From Eledone cirrhosa (lineage: Eukaryota), in the NCBI GenBank assembly GCA_964016885.1, contig OZ024744.1, positions 6,758,001 to 6,822,000 on the forward strand: 64,000 bases of DNA. Reading direction: 5' to 3'. The notes beneath the pieces were generated by a model. The model had not been told where the DNA came from. It saw nothing but the letters and a program-made list of their open reading frames with translations, and ran no database searches. This document shows positions 12,301 to 26,150 of this stretch, one piece after another. The position numbers and the translations under genes are program-made. Every line of letters starts with the position of its first letter. Position 1 is the stretch's first letter.

Positions 12301-15300
12301 GTTATGTCTACTGCAGTATTGCACTGAGTTAGATGTGGTGCAGTAACGGTTATGTCTACTGCAGTATTGCACTGAGGTAGGTGTGGTACAGTAACGGTTA
12401 TGTCTACTGCAGTATTGCACTGAGTTAGGTGTGTTGCAGTAACGGTTATGTCTACTGCTGTATTGTACTGATGTAGGTGTGGTGCAGTAACGATTATGTC
12501 TACTGCGGTATTGCACTGAGGTAGGTGTGGTGCAGTACCGGTTATGTCTACTGCAGTATTGCACTGATGTAGGTGTGGTGCAGTAACGGTTACTTCTACT
12601 GCAGTATTGCACTAAGTTATGTGTGGTGCAGTATCGGCTATGTCTACTGCAGTATTGCACTGAGGTAGGTGAGGTGCAGTAATGGTTATGTCTACATCAG
12701 TATTGCACTGAGGTAGGTGTGGTGCAGTAACGGTTATGTCTACTCCAGATTTGCACTGATGTAGGTGTGGTGCAGTAACGGGTATGTCTACTGCAGTATT
12801 GCACTGATGTAGGTGTGGTGCAGTAACAGTTATTTCTACTGCAGTATTGCACTGATGTAGGTGTGGTGCAGTAACGGTTATGTCTACTGTAGTATTGCAC
12901 TGAGGTAGGTGTGGTGCAGTAACCGTTAAGTCTACTGCAGTATTGCACTGAAGTAAGTGTGGTGCAGTAACGGTTATGTCTACTGCAGTATTGCACTGAA
13001 GTAAGTGTGGTGCAGTAACGGTTATGTCTACTGCAGTATTGCACAGAGGTAATTGTGGTGCAGTAACGGTTATTTATACTGCAGTATTGCACTGATGTAG
13101 GTGTGGTGCAGTAACGCTTATATCTACTGCGGTATTGCACTGAGGTAGGTGTTTTGCAGTAACGGTTATGTCTACTGCAGTATTGCACTGAGGTAATTGT
13201 GGTGCAGTAACGGTTATTTATACTGCAGTATTGCACTGATGTAGGTGTGGTGCAGTAACGGTTATATCTACTGCAGTATTGCACTGATGTAGGTGTGGTG
13301 CAGTAACGGTTATATCTACTGCAGTATTGCACTGAGGTAGGTGTCGTGCAGTAACGGTTATGTCTACTGCAGTATTGCACTGAGGTAATTGTGGTGCAGT
13401 AACGGTTATTTATACTGCAGTATTGCACTGATGTAGGTGTGGTGCAGTAACGGTTATATCTACTGCGGTATTGCACTGATGTAGGTGTGGTGCAGTAACG
13501 GTTATGTCTACTGCAGTATTGCATTGATGTAGGTGTGGTGCAGTATCGGTTTATGTCTACTGCAGTATTGCACTGAGGTAGGGGTGGTGCAGTAACATTT
13601 ATGTCTACTGCAGTATTCCACTGAGTTAGGTGTGGTGCAGTAACAGTTATGTCTACTGCAGTATTGCACTAATGTAGGTGCGGTGCAGTAACGGTTATGT
13701 CTACTGCAGTATTGCACTGATGTAGGTGTGGTGCAGTAACGGTTATGTCTACTGCAGTATTGCACTGAGATAGGTGTGGTGCAGTAACGGTTATGTCTAC
13801 TGCAGTATTGCACTGATGTAGGTGTGGGGCAGTAACGGTTATGTCTATTGCAGTATTGCACTGTTGTAGGTGTGGTGCAGTAACGGTTTATGTCTACTGT
13901 AGTATTGCACTGATGTAGGTATGGTGCAGTAACGGTTATGTCTACTGCAGTATTGCACTGAGGTAGGTGTGGTGCGTAACGGTTATGTCTACTGCATTTT
14001 TGCACTGAGGTAGGTGAGGTGCAGTAACGGGTATGTCTACTGCAGTATTGCACTGAGGTAATTGTGGTGCAGTAACGGTTATTTATACTGCAGTATTGCA
14101 CTGATGTAGGTGTGGTGCAGTAACGGTTATTTCTACTGCAGTATTGCACTGAGGTAAGTGTGGTGCAGTAACGGTTATGTCTACTACAGTATTGCACTGA
14201 GCTAGGTGTGGTGCAGTAACGGTTATGTCTACTGCAGTATTGCACTGATGAAGGTGTGGTGCAGTAAAGGTTATTTCTACTGCTGTATTGCACTGAGATA
14301 GGTGTGGTGCAGTAACATTTATGTCTACTGCAGTATTGCACTGAGGTAGGTGTGGTGCAGTAACGGTTATGTCTACTGCAGTATTGCACTGATGTAGGTG
14401 TGGTGCAGTAACGGTTATGTCTACTGCAGAATGGCACTGATTAGGTGTGGTGCAGTAACTGTTATGTCTACTGCAGTACTGCACTGAGGTAGGAGTGGTG
14501 CAGTAACGGTTATGTCTACTGCATTATTGTACTGATGTACGTGTGGTGCAGTAACGGTTATGTCTACTTGCAGTATTGCACCTATGTAGGTGTGGTGCAG
14601 TAACAGTTATGTCTACTGCAGTATTGCACTGATGTAGGTGTGGTGCAGTAACGGTTATGTCTACTGCAGTATTGCACTGATTTAGGTGTGGTGCAGTAGC
14701 AGTATGTCTACTGCAGTATTGCACTGAGGTAGGTGTTGTGCAGTAACGGTTATGTCTTCTGCAGTAATGCACTGATGTAGGTGTGGAGCAGTAACGGTTA
14801 TGTCTACTGCAGTATTGCACTTAGGTAGGTGTGGTGCAGTAACGCATATGTCTACTGCAATATTGCACTGGGGTAGGTGTGGTGCAGTAACGGTTATGTC
14901 TACTGCAGTATTTCACTGATGTAGGTGTGGTGCAGTAACGGTTATGATACTGCAGTATTGCACTGATGTAGGTGTGGTGCAGTAACGGTTATGTCTACTG
15001 CAGTATTGCACTGAGGTAGGTGTGGTGCAGTAACGATTATGTCGACTGCAGTATTGCACTGAGGTAGGTTTGGTGCAGTAACAGTTATTTCTACTGCAGT
15101 ATTGCACTGATGTAGGTGTGGTGCAGTAACGGTTATGTCTACTGCAGTATTGCACTGATGTAGGTGTGGTGCAGTAACGGTTATGTCTACTGCAGTATTG
15201 CACTGATGTAGGTGTGGTGCAGTAACAGTTATGTCTACTGCAGTATTGCACTGAGGTAGGTGTGGTGCAGTATCGGTTATGTCTACTGCATTATTGCACT

Positions 15301-18300
15301 GTTGTAGGTGTGGTGCAGTAACGGTTGTCTACTGCAGTATTGTACTTAGGTAGGTTGGGTGCAGTAACAGTTATGTCTACTGCAGTATTGCACTTAGGTA
15401 GGTGTGGTGCAGTAACGGTTATGTCTACTGCAATATTGCACTGGGGTAGGTGTGGTGCAGTAACGGTTATGTCTACTGCAGTATTTCACTGATGTAGGTG
15501 TGGTGCAGTAACGGATATTTCTACTGCAGTATTGCACTTAGGTAGGTGTGGTGCAGTAACGGTTATGTCTACTGCAGTATTGCACTGATGTAGGTGTGGT
15601 GCAGTAACGGTTATGTCTACTGCAGTATTGCACTGATGTAGGTGTGGTGCAGTAACGGTTATCTCTACTGCAGTATTGCACTTAGGTAGGTGTGGTGCAG
15701 TAACGGTTATGTCTACTGCAATATTGCACTGGGGTAGGTGTGGTGCAGTAACGGTTATGTCTACTGCAGTATTGCACTGATTTAGGTGTAGTGCAGTAAC
15801 GGTTATGATACTGCAGTATTGCACTGATGTATGTGTGGTGCAGTAACGGTTATGTCTACTGCAGTATTGCACTGAGGTAGGTGTGGTGCAGTAACGATTA
15901 TGTCGACTGCAGTATTGCACTGAGATAGGTGTGGTGCAGTAACAGTTATTTCTACTGCAGTATTGCACTGATGTAGGTGTGTTGCAGTAACGGTTATGTC
16001 TACTGCAGTATTGCACTGATGTAAGTGTGGTGCAGTAACGGTTATGTCTACTGCAGTATTGCACTGATGTAGGTGTGGTGCAGTAACAGTTATGTCTACT
16101 GCAGTATTGCACTGAGGTAGGTGTGGTGCAGTAACGGTTATGTCTACTGCAGTATTGCACTTAGGTAGGTGTGGTGCAGTAACGGTTATGTCTACTGCAA
16201 TATTGCGCTGAGGTAGGTGTGGTGCAGTAACGGTTATGTCTACTGCAGTATTGCACTGATGTAGGTGTGGTGCAGTAACGGTTATGATACTGCAGTATTG
16301 CACTGATGTAGGTGTGGTGCAGTAGAGGTTATGTCTACTGCAGTATTGCACTGAGGTAGGTGTGGTGCAGTAACGATTATGTCGACTGCAGTATTGCACT
16401 GAGGTAGGTGTCGTGCAGTAACAGTTATTTCTACTGCAGTATTCCACTGAGGTAGGTGTGGTGCAGCAACGGTTATATCTACTGAAGTATTGCACTGATG
16501 TAGGTGTGGTGCAGTACCAATTATGTCTACTGAAGTATTGCACTTATGTAGGTGTGGTGCAGTAACGGTTATTTCTACTGCAGTATTGCACTGATGTAGG
16601 TGTGGTGCCGTAACGGTTATGTCTACTGCAGTATTGCTCTGAGGTAGGTGTGGTGCAGTAACGATTATGTCGACTGCAGTATTGCACTGATGTAGGTGTG
16701 GTGCAGTAACGGTTATGTCTACTGCAGTATTGCACTGATGTAGGTGTTGTGCAGAAGAGGTTATGTCTACTGCAGTATTGCACTGATGTAGGTATGGTGC
16801 AGTAACGGTTATGTCTACTGTAGTATTGCACTGATGTAGGTGTGATGCAGTAACGGATATGTCTACTGCAGTATTGCACTGAGATAGGTGTGGTGCAGTA
16901 ACGGTTATGTCTACTGCAGTATTTCACTGATTTAGGTGTGGTGCAGTAACCGTTAAGTCTACTGCAGTATTGCACTGAAGTAAGTGTGGTGCAGTAACGG
17001 TTATGTCTACTGCAGTATTGCACTGATGTAGGTGTGGTGCAGTAACAGTTATGTCTTCTGCAGTATTGCACTAATGTAGGTGTGGTGCTGTAAAGCTTAT
17101 GTCTATTGCAGTATTGCACTGATGTAGGTGTGGTGCAGTAACGGTTATGTCTACTGCATTATTGCACTGATGTAGATGTGGTGCAGTAACGGTTATGTCT
17201 ACTGCAGTATTGCAGTGATGTAGGTGTGGTACAGTAACGGTTATTTCTACTGCAGTATTTCACTGATGTAGATGTGGTGCAGTAACGTTTATGTCTACTG
17301 TAGTATTGCACTGAGGTAGGTGTGGTGCAGGAACGGTTATGTCTACTGCAGTATTCCACTGAGGTAGGTGTGGTGCAGTAACAGTTATGTCTACTGCAGT
17401 ATTGCACTGATGTAGGTATGGTGCAGTTACGGTTATTTCTACTGCAGTATTGCACTGATGTAGGTGTGGCGCAGTAACTGTTATGTCTACTGCAGTATTG
17501 CACTGAGGTAGGTGTGGTGCAGTAACGGTTTTGTCTACTGCAGCATTGCACTGATGTAGGTGTGGTGCAGTAACGGTTATGTCTACTGCAGTATTGCACT
17601 TAGGTAGGTGTGGTGCAGTAACGGTTATGTCTACTGTAGTATTGCACTGATGTAGGTATGGTGTAGTAACGGTTATGGCTACTGCAGTATTGCACTGATG
17701 TAGGTGTGGTGTAGTAACGGTTATTTCTACTGCAGTATTGCACTGATGTAGGAGTGGTGCAGTATCGGTTATGTCTACTGCATTATTGCATTGAGGTAGC
17801 TGTGGTGCAGTAACGGTTATTGCTACTGCAGTATTGCACTGAAGTAGGTGTGGTGCAGTAACGGTTATGTGTACTGCAGTATTGCACTGATGTAGGTGTG
17901 GTGCAGTAACGGTTACTTCTACTGCAGTATTGCACTGATGTAGGTGTGGTGCAGTAACGATTATGTCTACTGCAGTATTGCACTGAGTTAGGTGTGGTGC
18001 AGTACCGGTTATGTCTACTGCAGTATTGCACTGATGTTGGTGTGATGCAGTAACGGTTATGTCTACTGCAGTATTGCCCTGACTTAGGTGTGGTGCAGTA
18101 ACGGTTATGTCTACTGCAGTATTGCACTGAGTTAGATGTGGTGCAGTAACGGTTATGTCTACTGCAGTATTGCACTGAGGTAGGTGTGGTACAGTAACGG
18201 TTATGTCTACTGCAGTATTGCACTGAGTTAGGTGTGTTGCAGTAACGGTTATGTCTACTGCAGTATTGTACTGATGTAGGTGTGGTGCAGTAACGATTAT

Positions 18301-21300
18301 GTCTACTGCGGTATTGCACTGACGTAGGTGTGGTGCAGTACCGGTTATGTCTACTGCAGTATTGCACTGATGTAGGTGTGGTGCAGGAACGGTTACTTCT
18401 ACTGCAGTATTGCACTAAGTTATGTGTGGTGCAGTATCGGCTATGTCTACTGCAGTATTGCACTGAGGTAGGTGAGGTGCAGTAATGGTTATGTCTACAT
18501 CAGTATTGCACTGAGGTAGGTGTGGTGCAGTAACGGTTATGTCTACTCCAGATTTGCACTGATGTAGGTGTGGTGCAGTAACGGGTATGTCTACTGCAGT
18601 ATTGCACTGATGTAGGTGTGGTGCAGTAACAGTTATTTCTACTGCAGTATTGCACTGATGTAGGTGTGGTGCAGTAACGGTTATGTCTACTGTAGTATTG
18701 CACTGAGGTAGGTGTGGTGCAGTAACGGTTATGTCTACTGCAGTATTGCACAGAGGTAATTGTGGTGCAGTAACGGTTATTTATACTGCAGTATTGCACT
18801 GATGTAGGTGTGGTGCAGTAACGCTTATATCTACTGCGGTATTGCACTGAGGTAGGTGTTTTGCAGTAACGGTTATGTCTACTGCAGTATTGCACTGAGG
18901 TAATTGTGGTGCAGTAACGGTTATTTATACTGCAGTATTGCACTGATGTAGGTGTGGTGCAGTAACGGTTATATCTACTGCAGTATTGCACTGATGTAGG
19001 TGTGGTGCAGTAACGGTTATATCTACTGCAGTATTGCACTGAGGTAGGTGTCGTGCAGTAACGGTTATGTCTACTGCAGTATTGCACTGAGGTAATTGTG
19101 GTGCAGTAACGGTTATTTATACTGCAGTATTGCACTGATGTAGGTGTGGTGCAGTAACGGTTATATCTACTGCGGTATTGCACTGATGTAGGTGTGGTGC
19201 AGTAACGGTTATGTCTACTGCAGTATTGCATTGATGTAGGTGTGGTGCAGTATCGGTTTATGTCTACTGCAGTATTGCACTGAGGTAGGGGTGGTGCAGT
19301 AACATTTATGTCTACTGCAGTATTCCACTGAGTTAGGTGTGGTGCAGTAACAGTTATATCTACTGCAGTATTGCACTAATGTAGGTGCGGTGCAGTAACG
19401 GTTATGTCTACTGCAGTATTGCACTGATGTAGGTGTGGTGCAGTAACGGTTATGTCTACTGCAGTATTGCACTGAGGTAGGTGTGGTGCAGTAACGGTTA
19501 TGTCTACTGCAGTATTGCACTGATGTACGTGTGGGGCAGTAACGGTTATGTCTACTGCAGTATTGCACTGTTGTAGGTGTGGTGCAGTAACGGTTATGTC
19601 TACTGTAGTATTGCACTGATGTAGGTATGGTGCAGTAACGGTTATGTCTACTGCAGTATTGCACTGAGGTAGGTGTGGTGCGTAACGGTTATGTCTACTG
19701 CATTTTTGCACTGAGGTAGGTGAGGTGCAGTAACGGGTATGTCTACTGCAGAATTGCACTGAGGTAATTGTGGTGCAGTAACGGTTATTTCTACTGCAGT
19801 ATTGCACTGATGTAGGTGTGGTGTAGTAACGGTTATGTCTACTGCAGTATTGCACTGAGGTAGGTGTGGTGCAGTAACGGTTATGTCTACTGCAGTATTG
19901 CACTCATGTAGACGTGGTGCAGTAACGGGTATGTCTACTGCAGTATTGCACTGATGTAGGTGTGGTGCAGTAACGGTTATTTCTACTGCAGTATTGCACT
20001 GAGGTAAGTGTGGTGCAGTAACGGTTATGTCTACTACAGTATTGCACTGAGCTAGGTGTGGTGCAGTAACGGTTATGTCTACTGCAGTATTGCACTGATG
20101 AAGGTGTGGTGCAGTAAAGGTTATTTCTACTGCTGTATTGCACTGAGATAGGTGTGGTGCAGTAACATTTATGTCTACTGCAGTATTGCACTGAGGTAGG
20201 TGTGGTGCAGTAACGGTTATGTCAACTGCAGTATTGCACTGATGTAGGGGTGGTGCAGTAACGGTTATGTCTACTGCAGAATGGCACTGATTAGGTGTGG
20301 TGCAGTAACTGTTATGTCTACTGCAGTACTGCACTGAGGTAGGAGTGGTGCAGTAACGGTTATGTCTACTGCATTATTGTACTGATGTACGTGTGGTGCA
20401 GTAACGGTTATGTCTACTTGCAGTATTGCACCTATGTAGGTGTGGTGCAGTAACAGTTATGTCTACTGCAGTATTGCACTGATGTAGGTGTGGTGCAGTA
20501 ACGGTTATGTCTACTGCAGTATTGCACTGATTTAGGTGTGGTGCAGTAGCAGTATGTCTACTGCAGTATTGCACTGAGGTAGGTGTTGTGCAGTAACGGT
20601 TATGTCTTCTGCAGTAATGCACTGATGTAGGTGTGGAGCAGTAACGGTTATGTCTACTGCAGTATTGCACTTAGGTAGGTGTGGTGCAGTAACGCTTATG
20701 TCTACTGCAATATTGCACTGGGGTAGGTGTGGTGCAGTAACGGTTATGTCTACTGCAGTATTGCACTGATGTAGGTGTGGTGCAGTAACGGTTATGATAC
20801 TGCAGTATTGCACTGATGTAGGTGTGGTGCAGTAACGGTTATGTCTACTGCAGTATTGCACTGAGGTAGGTGTGGTGCAGTAACGATTATGTCGACTGCA
20901 GTATTGCACTGAGGTAGGTGTGGTGCAGTAACAGTTATTTCTACTGCAGTATTGCACTGATGTAGGTGTGGTGCAGTAACGGTTATGTCTACTGCAGTAT
21001 TGCACTGATGTAGGTGTGGTGCAGTAACGGTTATGTCTACTGCAGTATTGCACTGATGTAGGTGTGGTGCAGTAACAGTTATGTCTACTGCAGTATTGCA
21101 CTGAGGTAGGTGTGGTGCAGTATCGGTTATGTCTACTGCAGTATTGCACTGATGTAGGTGTGCTGCAGTAACGGTTATGTCTACTGCAGTATTGCACTGA
21201 GGTAAATGTGGTGCAGTAACGGTTATGTCTACTGCATTATTGCACTGACGTAGGTGTGGTGCAGTAACGGTTATGTCTACTGCAGTATTGTACTTAGGTA

Positions 21301-24300
21301 GGTGTGGTGCAGTAACAGTTATGTCTACTGCAGTATTGCACTTAGGTAGGTGTGGTGCAGTAACGGGTATGTCTACTGCAGTATTGCACTGATGTAGGTG
21401 TGGTGCAGTAAAGGATATTTCTACTGCAGTATTGCACTTAGGTAGGTGTGGTGCAGTAACGGTTATGTCTACTGCAGTATTGCACTGATGTAGGTGTGGT
21501 GCAGTAACGGTTATGTCTACTGCAGTATTGCACTGGTGTAGGTGTGGTGCAGTAACGGTTATGTCTACTGCAGTATTGCACTTAGGTAGGTGTGGTGCAG
21601 TAACGGTTATGTCTACTGCAATATTGCACTGGGGTAGGTGTGGTGCAGTAACGCTTATGTCTACTGCAGTATTGCACTGATGTAGGTGTGGTGCAGTAAC
21701 GATTATGTCTACTGCAGTATGGCACTGATGTAGGTGTGGTGCAGTAACGGTTATGTCTACTGCAGTATTGCAATGATGTAGGTGTGGTGCAGTAGCGGTT
21801 ATTTCTACTGCAGTATTGCACTGATGTAGATGTGGTGCACTAACGGTTATATATACTGCAGTATTGCACTGAGGTAGTTGTGGTGCAGTAACGGTTATGT
21901 CTACTGCAATATTGCACTAGGTAGGTGTGGTGCAGTAACGATTATGTCTACTGCAGTATTGCACTGATGTAGGTGTGGTGCAGAAACAGTTATGTCTACT
22001 GCAGTATTGCACTGATGTAGGTGTGGTGCAGTAACGGTTATATCTACTGCAGTATTGCACTGATGTACGTGTGGTGCAGTGACGGTTATGTCTATTGCAG
22101 TATTGCACTGAGGTAGGTGTGGTGCAGTAACGGTTATTTCTACTGCAGTATTGCACTGATGTAGTTGTGGTGCAGTAACGGTTATGTCTACTGCAGTATT
22201 GCACTGAGGTAAATGTGGTGCAGTAACGGTTATGTCTACTGCATTATTGCACTGTTGTAGGTGTGGTGCAGTAACGGTTGTCTACTGCAGTATTGTACTT
22301 AGGTAGGTTGGGTGCAGTAACATTTATGTCTACTGCAGTATTGCACTTAGGTAGGTGTGGTGCAGTAACGGTTATGTCTACTGCAGTATTTCACTGATGT
22401 AGGTGTGGTGCAGTAACGGATATTTCTACTGCAGTATTGCACTTAGGTAGGTGTGGTGCAGTAACGGTTATGTCTACTGCAGTATTGCACTGATGTAGGT
22501 GTGGTGCAGTAACGGTTATGTCTACTGCAGTATTGCACTGATGTAGGTCTGGTGCAGTAACGGTTATCTCTACTGCAGTATTGCACTTAGGTAGGTGTGG
22601 TGCAGTAACGGTTATGTCTACTGCAATATTGCACTGGGGTAGGTGTGGTGCAGTAACGGTTATGTCTACTGCAGTATTGCACTGATGTAGGTGTGGTGCA
22701 GTAACGGTTATGATACTGCAGTATTGCACTGATGTATGTGTGGTGCAGTAACGGTTATGTCTACTGCAGTATTGCACTGATGTAGGTGTGGTGCAGTAAC
22801 AGTTATGTCTAATGCAGTATTGCACTGAGGTAGGTGTGGTGCAGTATCGGTTATGTCTACTGCAGTATTGCACTGAGGTAAATGTGGTGCAGTAACGGTT
22901 ATGTCTACTGCATTATTGCACTGATGTAGGTGTGGTGCATTAACGGTTATGTCTACTGCAGTATTGTACTTAGGTAGGTGTGGTGCAGTATCGGTTATGT
23001 CTACTGCAGTATTGCACTGATGTAGGTGTGGTGCAGTACCGGTTATGTCTACTGAAGTATTGCACTGATGTAGGTGTGGTGCAGTAACGGTTTTTTCTAC
23101 TGCAGTATTGCACTGATGTAGGTGTGGTGCCGTAACGGTTATGTCTACTGCAGTATTGCACTGATGTAGGTGTGGTGCAGTAACGGTTATGTCTACTGCA
23201 GTATGGCACTGATGTAGGTGTGGTGCAGTAACGGTTATGTCTACTGCAGTATTGCAATGATGTAGGTGTGGTGCAGTACGGTTAAATCTACTGCAGTATT
23301 GCACTGATGTAGGTGTGGTGCAGTAGCGGTTATTTCTACTGCAGTATTGCACTGATGTAGATGTAGTGCACTAACGGTTATATATACTGCAGTATTGCAC
23401 TGAGGTAGTTGTGGTGCAGTAACGGTTATGTCTACTGCAATATTGCACTAGGTAGGTGTGGTGCAGTAACGATTATGTCTACTGCAGTATTGCACTGATG
23501 TAGGTGTGGTGCAGTACCAGTTATGGCTACTGCAGTATTGCACTGATGTAGGTGTGGTGCAGTAACGGTTATGTCTAATGCAGTATTGCACTGATGTACG
23601 TGTGGTGCAGTGACGGTTATGTCTATTGCATTATTGCACTGAGGTAGGTGTGGTGCAGTAACGGTTATTTCTACTGCAGTATTGCACTGATGTAGTTGTG
23701 GTGCAGTAACGGTTATGTCTACTGCATTATTGCACTGAGGTAAATGTGGTGCAGTAACGGTTATGTCTACTGCATTATTGCTCTGATGTAGGTGTGGTGC
23801 AGTAACGGTTATGTCTACTGCAGTATTGTACTTAGGTAGGTGTGGTGCAGTAACAGTTATGTCTACTGCAGCATTGCACTTAGGTAGGTTTGGTGCAGTA
23901 ACGGTTATGTCTACTGCAGTATTGCACTGATGTAGGTGTGGTGCAGTAACGGATATTTCTACTGCAGTATTGCACTTAGGTAGGTGTGGTGCAGTAACGG
24001 TTCTGTCTACTGCAGTATTGCACTGATGTAGGTGTGGTGCAGTAACGGTTATGTCTACTGCAGTATTGCACTGATGTAGGTGTGGTGCAGTAACGGTTAT
24101 GTCTACTGCAGTATTGCACTTAGGTAGGTGTGGTGCAGTAACGGTTATGTCTACTGCAATATTGCGCTGAGGTAGGTGTGGTGCAGTAACGGTTATGTCT
24201 ACTGCAGTATTGCACTGATGTAGGTGTGGTGCAGTAACGGTTGTGATACTGCAGTATTGCACTGATGTAGGTGTGGTGCAGTAACGGTTATGTCTACTGC

Positions 24301-26150
24301 AGTATTGCACTGAGGTAGGTGTGGTTCAGTAACGATTATGTCGACTGCAGTATTGCACTGAGTTAGGTGTGGTGCAGTAACAGTTATTTCTACTGCAGTA
24401 TTCCACTGAGGTAGGTGTGGTGCAGTAACGGTTATATCTACTGAAGTATTGCACTGATGTAGGTGTGGTGCAGTACCAGTTATGTCTACTGAAGTATTGC
24501 ACTGATGTAGGTGTGGTGTAGTAACGGTTATTTCTACTGCAGTATTGCACTGATGTAGGTGTGGTGCCGTAACGGTTATGTCTACTGCAGTATTGCTCTG
24601 AGGTAGGTGTGGTGCAGTAACGATTATGTCGACTGCAGTATTGCACTGATGTAGGTGTGGTGCAGCAACGGTTATGTCTACTGCAGTATTGCACTGATGT
24701 AGGTGTGGTGCAGTAACGGTAATGTCCACTGCAGTATTGCACTGATGTAGGTGTTGTGCAGAAGAGGTTATGTCTACTGCAGTATTGCACTGATGTAGGT
24801 ATGGTGCAGTAACGGTTATGTCTACTGTAGTATTGCACTGATGTAGGAGTGATGCAGTAACGGATATGTCTACTGCAGTATTGCACTGAGATAGGTGTGG
24901 TGCAGTAACGGTTATGTCTACTGCAGTATTTCACTGATTTAGGTGTGGTGCAGTAACCGTTAAGTCTACTGCAGTATTGCACTGAAGTAAGTGTGGTGCA
25001 GTAACGGTTATGTCTACTGCAGTATTGCACTGATGTAGGTGTGGTGCAGTAACAGTTATGTCTTCTGCAGTATTGCACTAATGTAGGTGTGGTGCTGTAA
25101 AGGTTATGTCTATTGCAGTATTGCACTGATGTAGGTGTGGTGCAGTAACGGTTATGTCTACTGCATTATTGCACTGATGTAGATGTGGTGCAGTAACGGT
25201 TATGTCTACTGCAGTATTGCACTGATGTAGGTGTGGTACAGTAACGGTTATTTCTACTGCAGTATTGCACTGATGTAGATGTGGTGCAGTAACGTTTATG
25301 TCTACTGTAGTATTGCACTGAGGTAGGTGTGGTGCAGTAACGGTTATGTCTACTGCTGTATTGCACTGAGGTAGGTGTCGTGCAGTAACGTTTATGTCTA
25401 CTGCAGTATTCCACTGAGGTAGGTGTGGTGCAGTAACAGTTATGTCTACTGCAGTATTGCACTGATGTAGGTGTGGTGCAGTTACGGTTATTTCTACTGC
25501 AGTATTGCACTGATGTAGGTGTGGCGCAGTAACTGTTATGTCTACTGCAGTATTGCACTGAGGTAGGTGTGGTGCAGTAACGGTTTTGTCTACTGCAGCA
25601 TTGCACTGATGTAGGTGTGGTGCAGTAACGGTTATGTCTACTGCAGTATTGCACTGATGTAGGTGTGGTGCAGTAACGGTTATGTCTACTGTAGTATTGC
25701 ACTGATGTAGGTATGGTGTAGTAACGGTTATGGCTACTGCAGTATTGCACTGATGTAGGTGTGGTGTAGTAACGGTTATTTCTACTGCAGTATTGCACTG
25801 ATGTAGGAGTGGTGCAGTAACGGTTATGTCTACTGCAGTATTGCACTGAGGTAAGTGTGGTGCGTAACGGTTATGTCTACTGCATTATTGCACTGAGGTA
25901 GGTGTGGTGCAGTAACGGGTATGTCTACTGCAGTATTGCACTGATGTATGTGTTGTGCAGTAACGGTTATTTCGACTGCAGTATTGCACTGATGTAGGTG
26001 TGGTGTAGTAACGGTTATGTCTACTGCAGTATTGCATTGAGGTAGCTGTGGTGCAGTAACGGTTATTGCTACTGCAGTATTGCACTGAAGTAGGAGTGGT
26101 GCAGTAACGGTTATGTGTACTGCAGTATTGCACTGATGTAGGTGTGGTGC
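6330..26150 (+). repeat. Dispersed ~3.3-kb duplication within the array: ~6330-9600 matches ~22870-26150 (offset 16544)
   Basis: ORF coordinates 6426/22970, 6808/23352, 6888/23432, 8185/24729 and 8622..9302/25166..25846 are all offset by 16544, with near-identical translations. Confidence 0.85.
9335..14331 (+). repeat. Near-identical tandem duplication, unit 2496 bp (52 monomers): ~9335-11835 and ~11836-14331
   Basis: The same ordered series of rare variants recurs at a constant offset. ORFs 10201..11028 and 12697..13524, ends 10164 and 12660, and starts 11012 and 13508 all differ by 2496 = 52x48. Confidence 0.92.
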